Notes: generated by a model not told the origin, from the sequence alone. Shown: positions 35,278 through 47,468, counted from the first letter of the stretch. The stretch is 64,000 nucleotides of DNA from Scyliorhinus canicula (GCF_902713615.1 NC_052163.1:123665144-123729143); one strand, 5' to 3'. Numbers and translations are program-made.

Positions 35278-36155
35278 ATGATCTTTGAGAAGATCTCAGA
35301 GAAGGACAGTGAACAACTGTCACAGCGATCACCCACACCTTCCACCCGCACAGAGACCCACAGCTCGGTGGGCGATCTTAGTAGGCACGGTTTGGGCCAC
35401 TATCTGGTGAGCATCGCACAGCTTCTGATGGACATCAGATGGAGGCAGGATTGTCCCAGGGATTGGTCAGTCAGAGGTCTGCTGGATCCCAGGATTCAGA
35501 TGTGCCACAGCCAGGCACTGTACCTCTGGACACGTTCGTCGCTCAGCTGCCAGAGCTGGAAACACCAGGATGGGATGTCAGTGACACTCCTGTGACTGTA
35601 AAGCTGAATGGAGGAGTCCCACCTACTGTCCCAGGAGGTAGTGTTGGCAATGCGTGGCATCTAGGTCAACCCTGCAAGGGTGGCAGGGTGGTGTCTGTGG
35701 TGGAAAGTGTGGGAAGAGATCAGGCCATAACGGGAGGACCATGACTGAGGGGTTCAACTATATGGTTCAGGCAATGCCACCCTCCAGGACTGGCGGCGTT
35801 GAAGCTTCTGGAGTTCACTGCAGCTGTCCCTCCATCCCAAGGAGTAACGTAACCCAGGGGCACCACAAGCACCCGGAGGGAGGGGATCCACTAGAGCACA
35901 CCCCGAGGCCTTCCACGCAAGAGACTCTGTGAGTGACCAGCCAATCTGAATCCCCCCTTCTTGAGACTAGCGCAACTCAGGAACAGCGGGCAGAACAGGG
36001 TGATGCAACAACACCACTGCCACCCAAAGGTAGGCCGGTGCCATCTCGGTCTCGGCCCTCCAGAGGACTCATGCCGAGGGCATCTCAGGCAATGGGGCAT
36101 TGAAGGCAGCAGTCGCTCCCAACTCTGTGCATCCTGGAAACACAACAAGATGTAA
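35278..36155 (+). pseudogene. Possible decayed C-terminal part of the Harbinger Myb/SANT-like accessory gene
   Basis: SQRSPTPSTRTETHSSVG segment recalls shark Harbinger-associated predicted proteins; many frameshifts; based on recall only. Confidence 0.4.
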
Positions 36156-36352
36156 TGGAGGGGTATGCATGTGCAAGGAATTATAGTGGCACAGCGTCGG
36201 CAGGGGTGAAGTTAGCCGCTTGTAGCTGGGGGGAATTGTCACTTGTACCATTGGAAATGTCACTGAATTAAGTATTTGTGTTGATCACCACCTTAATGCC
36301 TCAGGATCTTTAACCCTCCTCCCAGTGGCATAGTGGGCAGGATTCTCCCATC

Positions 36353-36990
36353 TGCAAGTTTACTGACCCACCCTTCAACGCCCTCATCCAAGTCATTAAT
36401 GAAAATCACAAACAGCAGAGGACACAGAACTGATCCCTGCAGGATGCCACTGGTAACTGGGCTCCAGGCAGGGCGGCACGGTGGCACAGTGGTTAGCATT
36501 GCTGCCTACGGCGCTGAGGACCCGGGTTCGAATCCCGGCCCTGGGTCGCTGTCTGTGAGGGGTTTGCCCATTCTCCCCGTGTCTGCGTGGGTTTCACCCC
36601 CACAACCCAAAGATGTGCAGGTTAGGTGGATTGGCCACGTTAAATTGCCCCTTAATTGGAAAAAATGAATTGGATATTCTAAATTTTAAAAAAAACTGGG
36701 CTCCAGGCTGAATATTTGCCATCCACCACCATTCTCTGACTTCTATCGGTTAGCCAGTTCGTTATCCAACTGGCCAAATTTCCCACTATCCCATGCCTCC
36801 TTACTTTCTGCATAAGCCTACCATGGGGAATCTTAACAAACGCCTTACTAAAATCCATGCACACTACATCCACTGCTTTACCTTCATCCACGGGCTTGGT
36901 CACTGCCTCAAAGAAGTCAATAAGACTTGTGAGGCAAGACCTACCCCTCACAAATCCGTGCTGCCTATCCCTAATCAAGCAGTGTCTTTC
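36353..36990 (-). mobile_element. CR1 LINE RT fragment interrupted by a SINE
   Basis: QHGFVRGRSCLTSLIDFFE..MDFSKAF and VTSGILQGSVLCPLLFVIFINDLD..SKLAD. Confidence 0.92.
36470..36693 (+). mobile_element. Short V-SINE variant with A-rich tail
   Basis: Perfect 15-bp TSD AACTGGGCTCCAGGC at 36455-36469 and 36694-36708. Confidence 0.93.
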
Positions 36991-37329
36991 CAGATGCTCA
37001 GAATTGATTAAGACATTGCATTTTCACTTTCACAGTTTAAATCAAATTAAACTGTAAGTAGTTTTTATTTTATTTTGATACAGTGAATAATTACATAGCT
37101 GATTATATTTTTGGGTAATCAACCATAGATGGATTCTTGAATATAAACAAACATGGATAAAGCAAAGAAAACGTAATTTAAGACATACAGCATGATTAAA
37201 CTCTTCAAACTGCTTAATTTTTAAAATAAATTATGTTTTCTATAAGAGGCTCACTATGTTTTTATTCTATTGCGGACAATTGCTGAAGTCATTCATCATC
37301 TCCTGTTCAAATTATTGCCACCCGATTTC

Positions 37330-37752
37330 TAACGCTGCATAGGAAACCACGACTGCTCTCTGAGGCAGCTTAGCATGTGTCATGGGCCTCTCCACCACAT
37401 ACGACTGGTCAAAAATTTCCATCTATCCCCATCAGCTCTGCTACCAGAATCATCCTCTGACCACTGCTCACGTTTCATTCTGGTCCGGTCATTCACAAGT
37501 GACCAAAACATCTCGCCGACTGATTCCCCTCCCATCCCTGCTTGGGGTGGTCCTACTTCTGTGCGTGCTCTCAATCACCTTTCCTGCCGACTGCCCAGAG
37601 GTAATGTCAACTGTGTGTATGGAGTCAGATTGCATTTCTATGCTGATGAAACGCAGCACTAACTTTCCCATCAGCACCCTCAACTCTGTGCTCTCTGATA
37701 CCATGTCATTAATGAACCAGCACCTCTTCCAATTTCATATCAGCAAGCTCAA
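37330..37752 (+). mobile_element. Decayed L2 RT fragment
   Basis: GVRLHFYADETQ resembles the L2 motif HxYADDTQ. Confidence 0.65.
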
Positions 37753-37754
37753 AA

Positions 37755-37846
37755 TCTGACGGAGAATCCTACCGACTCGAAACGTTAGTTCTCTCTCCAT
37801 AGGTGCCACCAGACCTGCTGGGTTTTTCCAGCATTTTCTGTTTTTA
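37755..37846 (+). mobile_element. Penelope-like pLTR fragment with degenerate hammerhead
   Basis: CTGACGGAGAATCCTACCGACTCGAAACGTT..CCAGACCTGCTG; same family as 11480-11602. Confidence 0.65.
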
Positions 37847-37930
37847 GCCCCAAATCATGCCCAGCTCGAAATGTCCCACAGCCTGGTTGCGCGTCTTTCA
37901 CCATGAGCAATCTTAGTGTCCCTTTTATAT

Positions 37931-38243
37931 GGGCGGCACAGTAGCACAGTGGTTAGCACTGTTGCTTCACAGCACCAGGGTCCCAGGTTCGATTCGCGGC
38001 TTGGGTCACTGTCTGTGCGGAGTCTGCAGGTTCATCCCTGTGTCTGCGTGGGTTTCCTCCGGGTGCTCCGGTTTCCTCCCACAAGTCCCGAAAGACGTAC
38101 TGTTAGGTGAATTGGACATTCTGAATTCTCCCTCTGTGTACCCGAACAGGCACCGGAGTGTGGCGACGAGGGGATTTTCACAGTAACTTCATTGCAGTGT
38201 TAATGGAAGCCTACCTGTGACAATAAAGAATATTGTTAATTAT
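37931..38243 (+). mobile_element. V-SINE with Rex1-like tail
   Basis: tRNA head, V-domain, TTTTCACAGTAAC..GTGACAATAAA. Confidence 0.92.
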
Positions 38244-38889
38244 TATACTGATCTGAGCTTTGCTTCGAACCTCAGGCCTCTCTCAATACTTTTTCCCTAA
38301 CTTTACCTTCAGAGCCCCAGATTCCCTTGCCATCATTATCTCTCCTGTTGCCAATGTTGCTCTTCCACGCCACACCCTAACTGAGCTCCAGCTCGTCCGA
38401 ATCTCAGTGTTCTATCTCCCAATTCCCCAATCAATCAGGTAATTGCTAAACTCGGCTGCTTCTCGATGCTGCAATGTATTTTTGCAAACATTGAAGCATT
38501 TCTGTTTATGTTATGTCCAGTTATTGGCTGCTTCCTGTCGCACTAAAAACAGGATTAAAAAAGCAGCTCACACAGAAATGACCCAGTTTGTTTTGCGGTC
38601 CAGAAGAGGAGAGTTCAATCCATTCAATTTAAATACAAACATCATTTGTGGTTTCTTTGTATATCTGTTCACTTGGCAGCTCTTTTTGTGATGAAGAACA
38701 AGGTCTTTAATCTGCTTTATTTCTGCCAAATTTGAATAATATTTCTCGGCCTGAATTGCTCATCTGAAATCAGCAATGTGAGATAGGCCTGAGATTTCTC
38801 CGACTGTCAGATTTTTAAAAAATTGTTATTTATTCCAAACACAACAAAAAAAATAATCACACAACCATCCAAAATAACACAGCCAATGC

Positions 38890-39064
38890 AATGAAAAAAA
38901 TGAAAATTGCTTATTGTCATGAGTAGGCTTCAATGAAGTTACTGTGAAAAGCCCCTAGTCGCCACATTCCGGCGCCTGTCCGGGGAGGCTGGTACAGGAA
39001 TCGAACCGTGCTGCTGGTCTGCTTTAAAAGCCAGCGATTTAGCCCAGTGAGCTAAACCAGCCCC
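38890..39064 (-). mobile_element. tRNA-derived SINE with Rex1-like tail, nested in the L1 derivative
   Basis: Reverse complement of the 10561 family. Confidence 0.9.
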
Positions 39065-39871
39065 TGTACCAGCCCCAGCAATGTACAAGCTGTTTGTCAT
39101 TTTTAACATCTTTTTTAAACCTTGACTAACTTAATCATCCCCCCAAAAAACAAAACAATGAAGAAAAATATTTCCACCACAAAAGAATGTATTCGGGAGT
39201 ATACCCAATGTACATGGGAGAAGGGGAACTCCCTCTACCCCGGATGCCTAATCCTTCCCGGTTCCACCCCTCCATTCTCTCCTACACCCAGCCACAAAGC
39301 CACCTGCGTCACTGGCTCCCTACCCCGCACACATCCCTCCTCTCCCCCTCAGGTCTTCCACCCAACCAACAACCCCCCCCCCCTCCTCTCCCTTCCTACC
39401 TATTTGCCCCCTCCACGGCCACCCACTGCAACCCCCTTCCCCACAAAGCTTCCATTTACTAGCATCCCTGCCATCATGGCAGTCCCCACCTGGAAATGTA
39501 CACACAAGGGAGTCCACCCATGTTGCCCAAACCATCCGTCCCCAACTCCTCCAGCTGGAGAAAAAACCCCGGACTCGGCACCATCCCCCCAATCGACCAT
39601 ACCAAAGAAAACATGTGAAACGATAAGATTTCCAACATTCACATTACAGACATTCAAAACCACGAGTTCCCATCACTGGTCCTCCCCCTAAAACCATGCT
39701 TCCTGACAAAGTCATTTGCCTCCTCTGACATCATAAAATAATGTTCTTTGCCCTTAAATGTCACCCACAGTTTAGCCGGGTACAACTTCCCGAACCGGAT
39801 CTTGCTCCGAAAGAGCGCCCTCTTGACCCCTGTTGAAGCCCATTCGCCGCTTGGCCAGGGTCGGACCCAAT

Positions 39872-40550
39872 GGGCGAAATTCACCGCAATGGCCAACACC
39901 GGCGTGAAACCCGCTCCTCGCCCTATATTCTCTCTCTCCACCCCCCCCCCCCCCCCCCCCCCCCGCCCCCCCCAGGGGGGCTAGGAGCGGCGTTGCGGGA
40001 AACTCGGCCGCCGGGCCTTGATGCTGGTGTCAAGGCGGTGCGCCGAGATTGACGCGGCCGGTGGCGCCTAAGTGACGTCAGCCGTGCATGCGCGGTTGCC
40101 TTCTTCCCCTCCGCTGCCCCGCAAGACGTGGCAGCTTGATCTTGCGGGGCGGCGGAGGAGAAAGAGTCCGTCTCTTAGAGACGCCGGCCTGACGATCGGT
40201 GGGCACCGATCGCGGACCAGTCCCCTCCCGATCACGGCCGTGGTGCTCGATCCCCTCTCCGGCCCCCACAGGTCTCAAACGTACCTTTCGCGCTATGTTC
40301 ATGCCGGCAGCGAGCAGGTGTGGTTGCCGAAGGCGTGAAACGGTCGGGAACGTCAGGCCGCTTAGCCCATCCGGGCCGGAGAATCGTGGGTCGCCGTGAA
40401 AAACAGCGACCCGCGATTCTCCGAGCGGCGTGTCGCAAAACGCGACACGCCATTTGGGGGGGGGGGTGCTGGGAGGGAGAATCGCGGGGGGTGCCAGAGC
40501 AGCCCTCCCCGCGATTCTCCCACTCGCCTGGGCAGCGGAGAATCGTGCCC
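39872..40550. mobile_element. PIF/Harbinger MITE inserted in L1 ORF1
   Basis: Termini GGGCGAAATTCACC / GGAGAATCGTGCCC; 3-bp TSD AAT at 39869-39871 and 40551-40553. Confidence 0.9.
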
Positions 40551-40862
40551 AATGTCCTGGTAGATCCGAATCTGATTCCACTGCCAGCTATAGTCTCGTG
40601 TCGCCCTTGCCTATCTCAGAATTCGCTCCTTCTCTTGAAACTTCTGCATTCGGAAGATCACTGCCTGCGGCGGCTCCCTCTCTCTTGGCCTCTGACTCAG
40701 CAACCGGTGGGCCCAATCTATCTCCAGGGACTTCTCGAAGACCCCCTCCTTGACCAGCTTTGCCAACATCCTTGCCACACAATCTGTAGCACTTGTTCCC
40801 TCAACGCCCTCCGGCAATTCAGCTATTCTCAACTTCTCCTTTCTGGATTGGTTCTCCTGATC

Positions 40863-40970
40863 ATAATAATAATAATAATCGCTTATTGTCACAAGTAGCC
40901 TTCAATTAAGTTACTGTGAAAAGCCCCCAGTCGCCACATTGTGGCACCTGTTCGGGGAGCCTGGTACGGG
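40863..40970 (-). mobile_element. 5'-truncated SINE with Rex1-like tail, in L1 ORF1
   Basis: (AAT)n followed by CGCTTATTGTCACAAGTAG..TTACTGTGAAAAGCCC. Confidence 0.85.
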
Positions 40971-42367
40971 CATCATCCACCCTCGCCTTCAACACCTTGC
41001 AGCACCCCCCCCCCCCCCCCCCCACCCCCCCCCCCCCCCCCCCCCCCCAGCAATGCCACTCCTGCCTCCACAATCTGGTCACTGTGGTCAGACACCGCCC
41101 TTGCCACCTCGCGGATCGTCATGCCATGTGACTCCAGCCGCTGTTCCACCCATTCCAAAGTCCTGCGAAGAGGGGCTACCGCTCCCTCAATCGCCCTGGG
41201 CCAGTCCTCCTGCACCTCATGCCGATGTTTCTTAAACTCCCCCATCCTCCTCCATCAACCGCTCCCCGGGCAGTGGGGTAGGCAACTGCACGATACTCCA
41301 ACTCCACCATACTTTCTGTTGCTGCTCCACCAGGGTCGCCTGAGTTGAAGCTTTATTCGACTTCTGCCAAGTGTTGTAACCCACCAACATTCCCCGCTGG
41401 AGGAGAAGCCAACACCCTCCAATTATTCTGCACTTTTCCCCCACCATAGCAGCAATTCACTGGGCAGAGAAGGGCCAAATCCCTCCAAGTGGGAGTCACC
41501 TTGTGTGCGACCAATCAGCTCATGGCGGCCACTGGAAGTCAATCTCGGACTGTCAGCTCAATGGGTAAATCAAATATTCAGTTCACTTAAAAATGACTCT
41601 TTTGTTATTTTCTATTTTCTGAAAAGGGGTAGGTCTTTCCTTATGATTCTCTTATTTCCCCTTTATTTTTGCCGTTACCATTTGGATCCATGGATGCTCA
41701 ATGGACATTCATCTTTAAGTCAAGCAGCAGAGAGAGGGAAGAATTCAAAAGTTGCAACATGGTATATGGTGCTAGTTTTGGACAATAGATCTCAGAATCT
41801 GTGGCACTCGAGAGATGGGGTGGAACTCAGTTCAAATGGTTGGCTGGTGGCCGATAAATTGACGAAAAGGCCACATTCTGCATGGCAACAAATGGTGATT
41901 GGACCCTGCCTAAGTGAGGTGATTTCCAGAGACCCTAGGAAAGCAGAGTCCTTAGGCACTCAGAGGGAGGGTCAGTTTTGTCTGTCTGTCTGTCTCTCTC
42001 TCTCTGTCTCTCTCTGTCTCTCTCTCTGTCTCTCTCTGTCTCTCGTGTTTTCTCCAGAAAAGCTGCGAACGGCGATTCGTCCGAGCCGGAGGGGGGGGGG
42101 GGGGGGGGGGGAATCGCGGGGGGCGCGAGGGGGGCGTGAATTTTGTCGGGGGACCCTCCCGCGATTCTCCCACGCCGCGTGGGGAGCAGAGAATCGCGCC
42201 CCCAGCCTGGGTCAGGAGAATTAGCTAAAATCCAGTTACAAATGAAACAATTAGAGGTACAGCACAAAGAATAAGAAATGGAGATGGAAATGAAGAGGTT
42301 GGCATCAGAGAGAAAGGTAAAAAGCAATTGTGAGAGAGGAAAAAGAAAATGAGAGAGAGTTCCAGCA

Positions 42368-42571
42368 GGGCTGGTTTAGCTCAGTGGGCTGGACAGTTGG
42401 ATTGTGATGCAGAACAAGGCCAGCAGCAGGGGTTCAATTCCTGTACCAGCTGAGAATTCTGAATTCTTCCTCCGTGTACCAGAGCAGGCACCGGAATGTG
42501 GCGAATGGGGCTTTTCACAGTAACTTCATTGCCGTGTTAATGTAAGCCAACTTATGACAATGAAGATTATT
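42368..42571 (+). mobile_element. Chimeric SINE: GGGCTGGTTTAGC head plus the 3' part of the Rex1-tailed V-SINE
   Basis: Head as at 48124, then ATTCTGAATTCT..GTGTACC..CATTGCCGTGTTAATGTAAGCC as in the 37931 copy. Confidence 0.8.
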
Positions 42572-42978
42572 TAAGGCACTGGAAATTAGAGGGGAGGTGC
42601 CAGGAATTAGAGGGGAGCTTATTTGTCGAACAGAACCCAATGGTGATATGTTTGAATTTATACAGGCTTTCCCAAAATTCAAAGTCAAGGAGGTAGAAAC
42701 CTTTTTTTAGGGCTTTTGAGAAAATAACAACCCAAATGGAATGGCCAAAAGAAAAATGGAAAATACCCATGCAAAGGAAATTGACGGGGCGGCACAGGAG
42801 GTTTATGCTTCCCTGTCAGAGGGGGTGACAAGGTCATTAAACATTATTCTGGGTGCATATGAATTGCTTCCCGAAGCATATAGACAAAAGTTTCCGAATC
42901 TAAGGAAACAGCCGGTATAGGCATTTGCAGAATTCAGAAGGGTAAGCAGTACAATTTTGATAGATGGGTACGAGCATT

Positions 42979-43161
42979 GAAAATGAAAAGAAAATCGCTT
43001 ATTGTCACAAGTAGGCTTCAAATGAAGTTACTGTCAAAAGCCCCTAGTCACCACATTCCAGCACCTGTTCGGGGAGGCTGGTACGGGAATTGAACCGTGC
43101 TGCTGGCCTGCCTTGGTGTCCTTTAAAAGCCAGCTCTTTAGCCCTATGCTAAACCAGCCCC
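42979..43161 (-). mobile_element. tRNA-derived SINE with Rex1-like tail, inserted in gag
   Basis: Reverse complement of the 10561 family. Confidence 0.9.
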
Positions 43162-44839
43162 TAATTTGCAGGTACCTTTGAGGCTCTGAAAGAGGTTATT
43201 CTCTCAGTGGGATTTAAGAACTCCCTAACTTCTACGATAAGAACCCATGTTGAAGATCAAAGGGTAATGACTGCTAGACAAGCAGCAATTATGGCTGATG
43301 ATTATGAGCTAATCCATAAATTAGGGTTAGGGTTAGTGTTCCGTCACCCTCGTAATTTTGAAAATGATAGGAAGTGGGAGAGTGAAAGGAAGGCAGGGAG
43401 CCAAGGTAAGGAATGGATAGCTGGGAATGTTCCAAAATCTCCTTCCCATATCAGGAAGGAGGATATTGAGGGTGAAGATGAGCCTCAAAAACCTAGGTGT
43501 TACCACCTAAATCAAAGACTGTTAGATTTTAATTTACGTATTTGTTTCACTGCTCTTCCCCTCTGTGTTTGTTTGTCTTATGTGTTTTTGTGTGTGTGTG
43601 TGTGTCTATGAATAGGGGGTGAGAAGGGGGCAAGTGGGGGATAAGGAACTAGATAATCATGAGCCAGTTGTATTTGTTGCCCATTGCAGTATAGCTCTTG
43701 TTATTCTAAAAAGTAATTGAGTTTAAATTTACAAACCTGGTGACTGTAATTATTGGGAAGCCAAGGACCAAAGGCTGAGTATTTTTCTCGGAATTATTGG
43801 TTCTTTCAATGGGGACTAGAATTGACCGTGCCGTAGCCAAGGGTGTTGGAATAATAGTTACGCCTGTAACATATCGTGTATGATTTCTATTGCTCACTTA
43901 TCTAATTATTCTTTCATCTGTTTGCAAGTCTGCTTCGCAGGTGCTGCCAAAACCACAACCTATTTATTTTGCCACTTCTCAATGTTAAGGAGGAACATGG
44001 CATATGATGTAATCAGGAAGTCTAAGTTTAGGAACAAGACTTTCCAGTTTGTTTGCTCGGCGCACTGAAATTAGCTGAAGATTGGACAACTGAATATATA
44101 TTCAGGATAGTAGGGAACGTGTTCTGGGCTACTGTGATATTGGAACCAAGAAATATATCGAGATTTCAAACTCAAAAATGTTTTCCCATTGACCTCAGAA
44201 TTCCCATTCCCTATTATAAACTTGCGTCATCCACTCTGCCCCCTGCAATCTCCTCCAGGCTTATGCAGGAGCTCGGGATTTCTGCTCTTCCGACTCTGAC
44301 CTCCTCCGCATCTCCTCTACCTGCATGTCACCATGGCTCAGGGAGCTTTCGGCCATCTCCACTGTGGTTTCAGAAATGAATCCCGAAACGCTGCCGGTTC
44401 AGAAGCCTCCACAAAATCATTACCATTTCAATCAGGCGTTCGGCTCCGCACAATGTTTCCTTTCCTGTCCTGCACCTGGTCTTGCCTCTGGATAATTATT
44501 CCATGAATAAAGCTGTGTGTAAATATACTTTGCGGCTGAAAACACTGGTTTTATGAAGCAGTTCGTTGGAATATATAAACAATGAAGTCAGTTCTCTGCG
44601 TCATTAGGAGACCTATTGATACTATGTGAGGCAGAACAGTACTGCTAACTCCTCACATTTACATCTGAACATACAATAACGGACGAACCCAATAGATTCG
44701 CAACTCCACCACGCTGGGAAGGTGCCTGGAAAGATCATCAAGTCATGGTTATTCAGGAATAAAATAGGACAGACAGAGTGGTTGTTCAGCAGAAGAAAGA
44801 AAGGAAAAATAACTTCATATAGAAAAGTTTCCTTAACCT

Positions 44840-45134
44840 TGATGTACCATCAATTGGACTCGAGTCTTGAAGAAGTTCCATATATCAGGCTTTAATCAAC
44901 TAGTTGTGTGCCCGGCAGTTGACTTACAGAGAAAGGCTGACTGCCGGGTCCTACGGGTTCTTATACCCCGCCTCGTAGGCGGGACTACTTGCCTCTCGGC
45001 CAATGGGTGAGCAGTCACATGACTAGCCTCAACCAATCAGCAGAGAGGCATATGACCGACCTGAGCCAATGGGCAGCGAGTGCTCTGCACCAATGGCAGA
45101 TAGGTACCGTAAACCTCCTAGTTATACCACCACA
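44840..45134 (-). mobile_element. Solo LTR
   Basis: TG...CA termini; 5-bp TSD AACCT at 44835-44839 and 45135-45139; minus-strand TATAAG and ATTAAA; several CCAAT motifs. Confidence 0.9.
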
Positions 45135-45660
45135 AACCTATCATAAAGGGGAAAGGGAAAGTAATGGAAGTGTCAAACCGGTTGGGATCCACTGGGGAGA
45201 TGTCCAGGCACACCACCCCGTTATATATGAATGGGTCACTGAAACAAAAGGAAGAATTGCATTTATATATAATGTTTGGCAACTTCAAGATGTTCCAAAG
45301 CACTTCACTGCTAATGAAGATACTATGAAATGAAGTCACCATAATGCATGAACTCCAACACATAGCAACGTGATAATGATCAATTAATGTGTTTGCGACG
45401 TTGGGCTTGATTTAACGGAAACATTTCAAAGTGTTATTCTGGGCCCGTTTAGTGAGGTGTTTCTCGACGGTCGCATTGGCAAGATCGCAGACCCTATTGA
45501 ACGCCACTTTGTGCCAAAAATGAACCCCCATGAGATTCTCGCCATCATTGGCTGTCTTGCCGTCTGATTCGCCTGACTCGTGCCTGAGTCTCTCTCTGCT
45601 AACAAGAAGGAGCTGCTTTTAAACGCTCCCTCACCACTCTGTCCCAGTCATCTCACAAGA

Positions 45661-45895
45661 ATGACAGCGTGCAGACCTGCTCTTCGCTTTGGCATTGCCA
45701 ACCTGGCCAGGCTTTTCGACGCTGTGGATGAGAGGCTGGCCATCCTGTCCCCCCCCCCCCCCCAAAGGAGGTCAGAGGACCAGGAGCAGGGTCAGGAATG
45801 CTGCCTGGGAGGCAGTGGCTGTCAGTTTGGGCGGCATGATCAGGAGGACCAGTATTCAATATCAGAAGAAGACCATCGACCCCCTGCATGATTTC
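45661..45895 (+). pseudogene. Harbinger Myb/SANT-like DNA-binding protein N-terminal relic
   Basis: MTACRPALRFGIANLARLFDAVDERLAIL, frameshift in poly-C, then RNAAWEAVAVSLGGMIRRTSIQYQKKTID; preceded by a Harbinger-like left arm from about 45403. Confidence 0.8.
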
Positions 45896-46133
45896 TCGCT
45901 GGGGAGATGGGGAATTCAATAAGATCTTGGCTGATCTGACTGTAACCCCGCCCCCTCCCGTCTACCCCGCTAACCTTCCACCCCTCTGATGCGGCTCATC
46001 ATTGGCCGCCGGCTGGATCTTCCGGTCCTGTGGATGCGGGAGAGGCTGGAAAATCGCTCCCTCTGTTTCCACCGTCTGTTCAGGAAGTGAGTTCCAACAC
46101 CTCACAATCCCCCCCCCCCCCCCCCACCCACCC

Positions 46134-46164
<31 letters not shown>

Positions 46165-46383
46165 ATCTCGGTCTTCAATGGGTGGACCCTTATTTTTAAA
46201 ATGTGACCCCACAAGAGGAGAGATCCTCTCCACATCCACCCTGTGAAACCTCTCATGATCTTAGACGTTTGTGTTATTAAGGCAGACGGGGCCTTAGTTT
46301 AACATCTCGACCAAAAGGCAGCACCTCTGACAGTGCAGTACGCCCCTCGCTGGAGCATCAACCTAGATTTCTGTGAACAATTC

Positions 46384-46910
46384 TGTCATAATATCCACCC
46401 GTGTATATAATGGAGTGCAGACAGGCAGTGATTGACACACAGGATGACCAGTAAGCACACAGCATAGAGCATCCAATCACCAGACAGGGCTACGGGGAGA
46501 ATGCTGGTAGGTGGAGTTGAAATGCCCATCAGCCATGATTGAATGGCGGAGTGGACTCGATGGGCCGAATGGCCTTACTTCCACTCCTATGTCTTATGGT
46601 CTTATGGTCTAGGACACGACCACTATAAAGCCAGAGGGCACCAGTTTTCCCGCTCTCTCTGGACCCAGACACTGAGACAGTCAGAGTCCGTGAGCTAGTC
46701 AGTGCAAACACCATGTGGTAGCTAGTAAGTCTGGCCAGGCTAGTATGAGGTCTCCAGTCAATTCAGTATAGTGTCAACCCACAGTTGAGCATGTATATTA
46801 GTTAATATGTTGAATAAAATCGTGTTGGATCTTCTCCAGTGTTGGAGGTCTGTCTCTCGCTACACTGCATCAAGTGCAGTCCACATCAACCCAGCCTGCC
46901 TAACACATCA
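46384..46910 (+). mobile_element. Solo Gypsy LTR inserted in a Deu SINE, itself carrying a CR1 3' fragment (about 46489-46610)
   Basis: TGTCATAA...ACATCA; 5-bp TSD AATTC at 46379-46383 and 46911-46915; TATAAA and AATAAA present; related to 50336-50736. Confidence 0.92.
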
Positions 46911-47241
46911 AATTCCTTCAGGACGTGAAGCCTCACCCCTGTGACTCGGAGTGTTCGCAGCTGAGGATGATGGGCCACCAGCAACAACATTGGGATCAGT
47001 TTGGCTAAACCGCTGGGATTTAGCAATGGGTAAGATGACCTTTAGGTTGTCCATGCAGACCAGCATTCACTCAGCTTGCCGAGATAGAATTTCCCTGACA
47101 TACATGAAAGTTTTGACACCCTGCTCGGGTGCAAACCTAACAAGTGCAAACACCCATCTTGCTAAGAGGAGGAAGGTTCAGCACCAGGAACCTGTATTGT
47201 ATTCGCAATGTGCCTCCAAACTGATAGATAGGTGGATTCTT

Positions 47242-47468
47242 TTTTAAAAATAAATTTAGTGTACCCAATTCACTTTTTCCAATTAAGGGTCAATTTAGCG
47301 TGGCCAATCCACCTACCCGGCACATCTTTGGGTTGTGGGGGTGAGACCCACGCAGACACGGGGAGAAAGTGCAAACTCCACACGGACAGTGACCCAGAGC
47401 CGGGATCGAACCTGGGACTTAGGCGCTGCGAGGCAGCAGGGCTAACCACTGCGCCCCCGTGCCACCCC
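47242..47468 (-). mobile_element. Short V-SINE variant with A-rich tail
   Basis: TSD AGGTGGAT(T/G)CTT at 47230-47241 and 47469-47480. Confidence 0.9.

Larger units (their letters stand above)
38811..41540 (-). mobile_element. L1-derived element with ORF1 relic and no ORF2 (HAL1-like)
   Basis: 5' end GACTTCCAGTGGCCGCCATG; ORF1 peptides ENQSRKEKLRIAELPEGVEG..EIDWAHR..PPQAVI and LYPAKLWVTFKG; AATAAA and A-rich 3' end; TSD TCTC(C/G)GACTGTCAG at 38797-38810 and 41543-41556. Confidence 0.82.
41800..43870 (+). mobile_element. Heavily deleted Gypsy (Gmr1/SCAN-type) LTR element: LTR-like pieces plus gag relic
   Basis: About 42640-43510 encodes FPKFKVKEVETFFRAFEK..WPKEKW..AYELLPEAYRQKF..FKNSL..AAIMADDYELIHK..CYH; ends in GTAACA; LTR boundaries uncertain. 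Confidence 0.7.

Noticed and set aside
41505-42224. 239-aa ORF
   Set aside because: It crosses an L1 end, unique DNA, an LTR piece, a (TC)n microsatellite and a MITE fragment, so it is a chance open frame.
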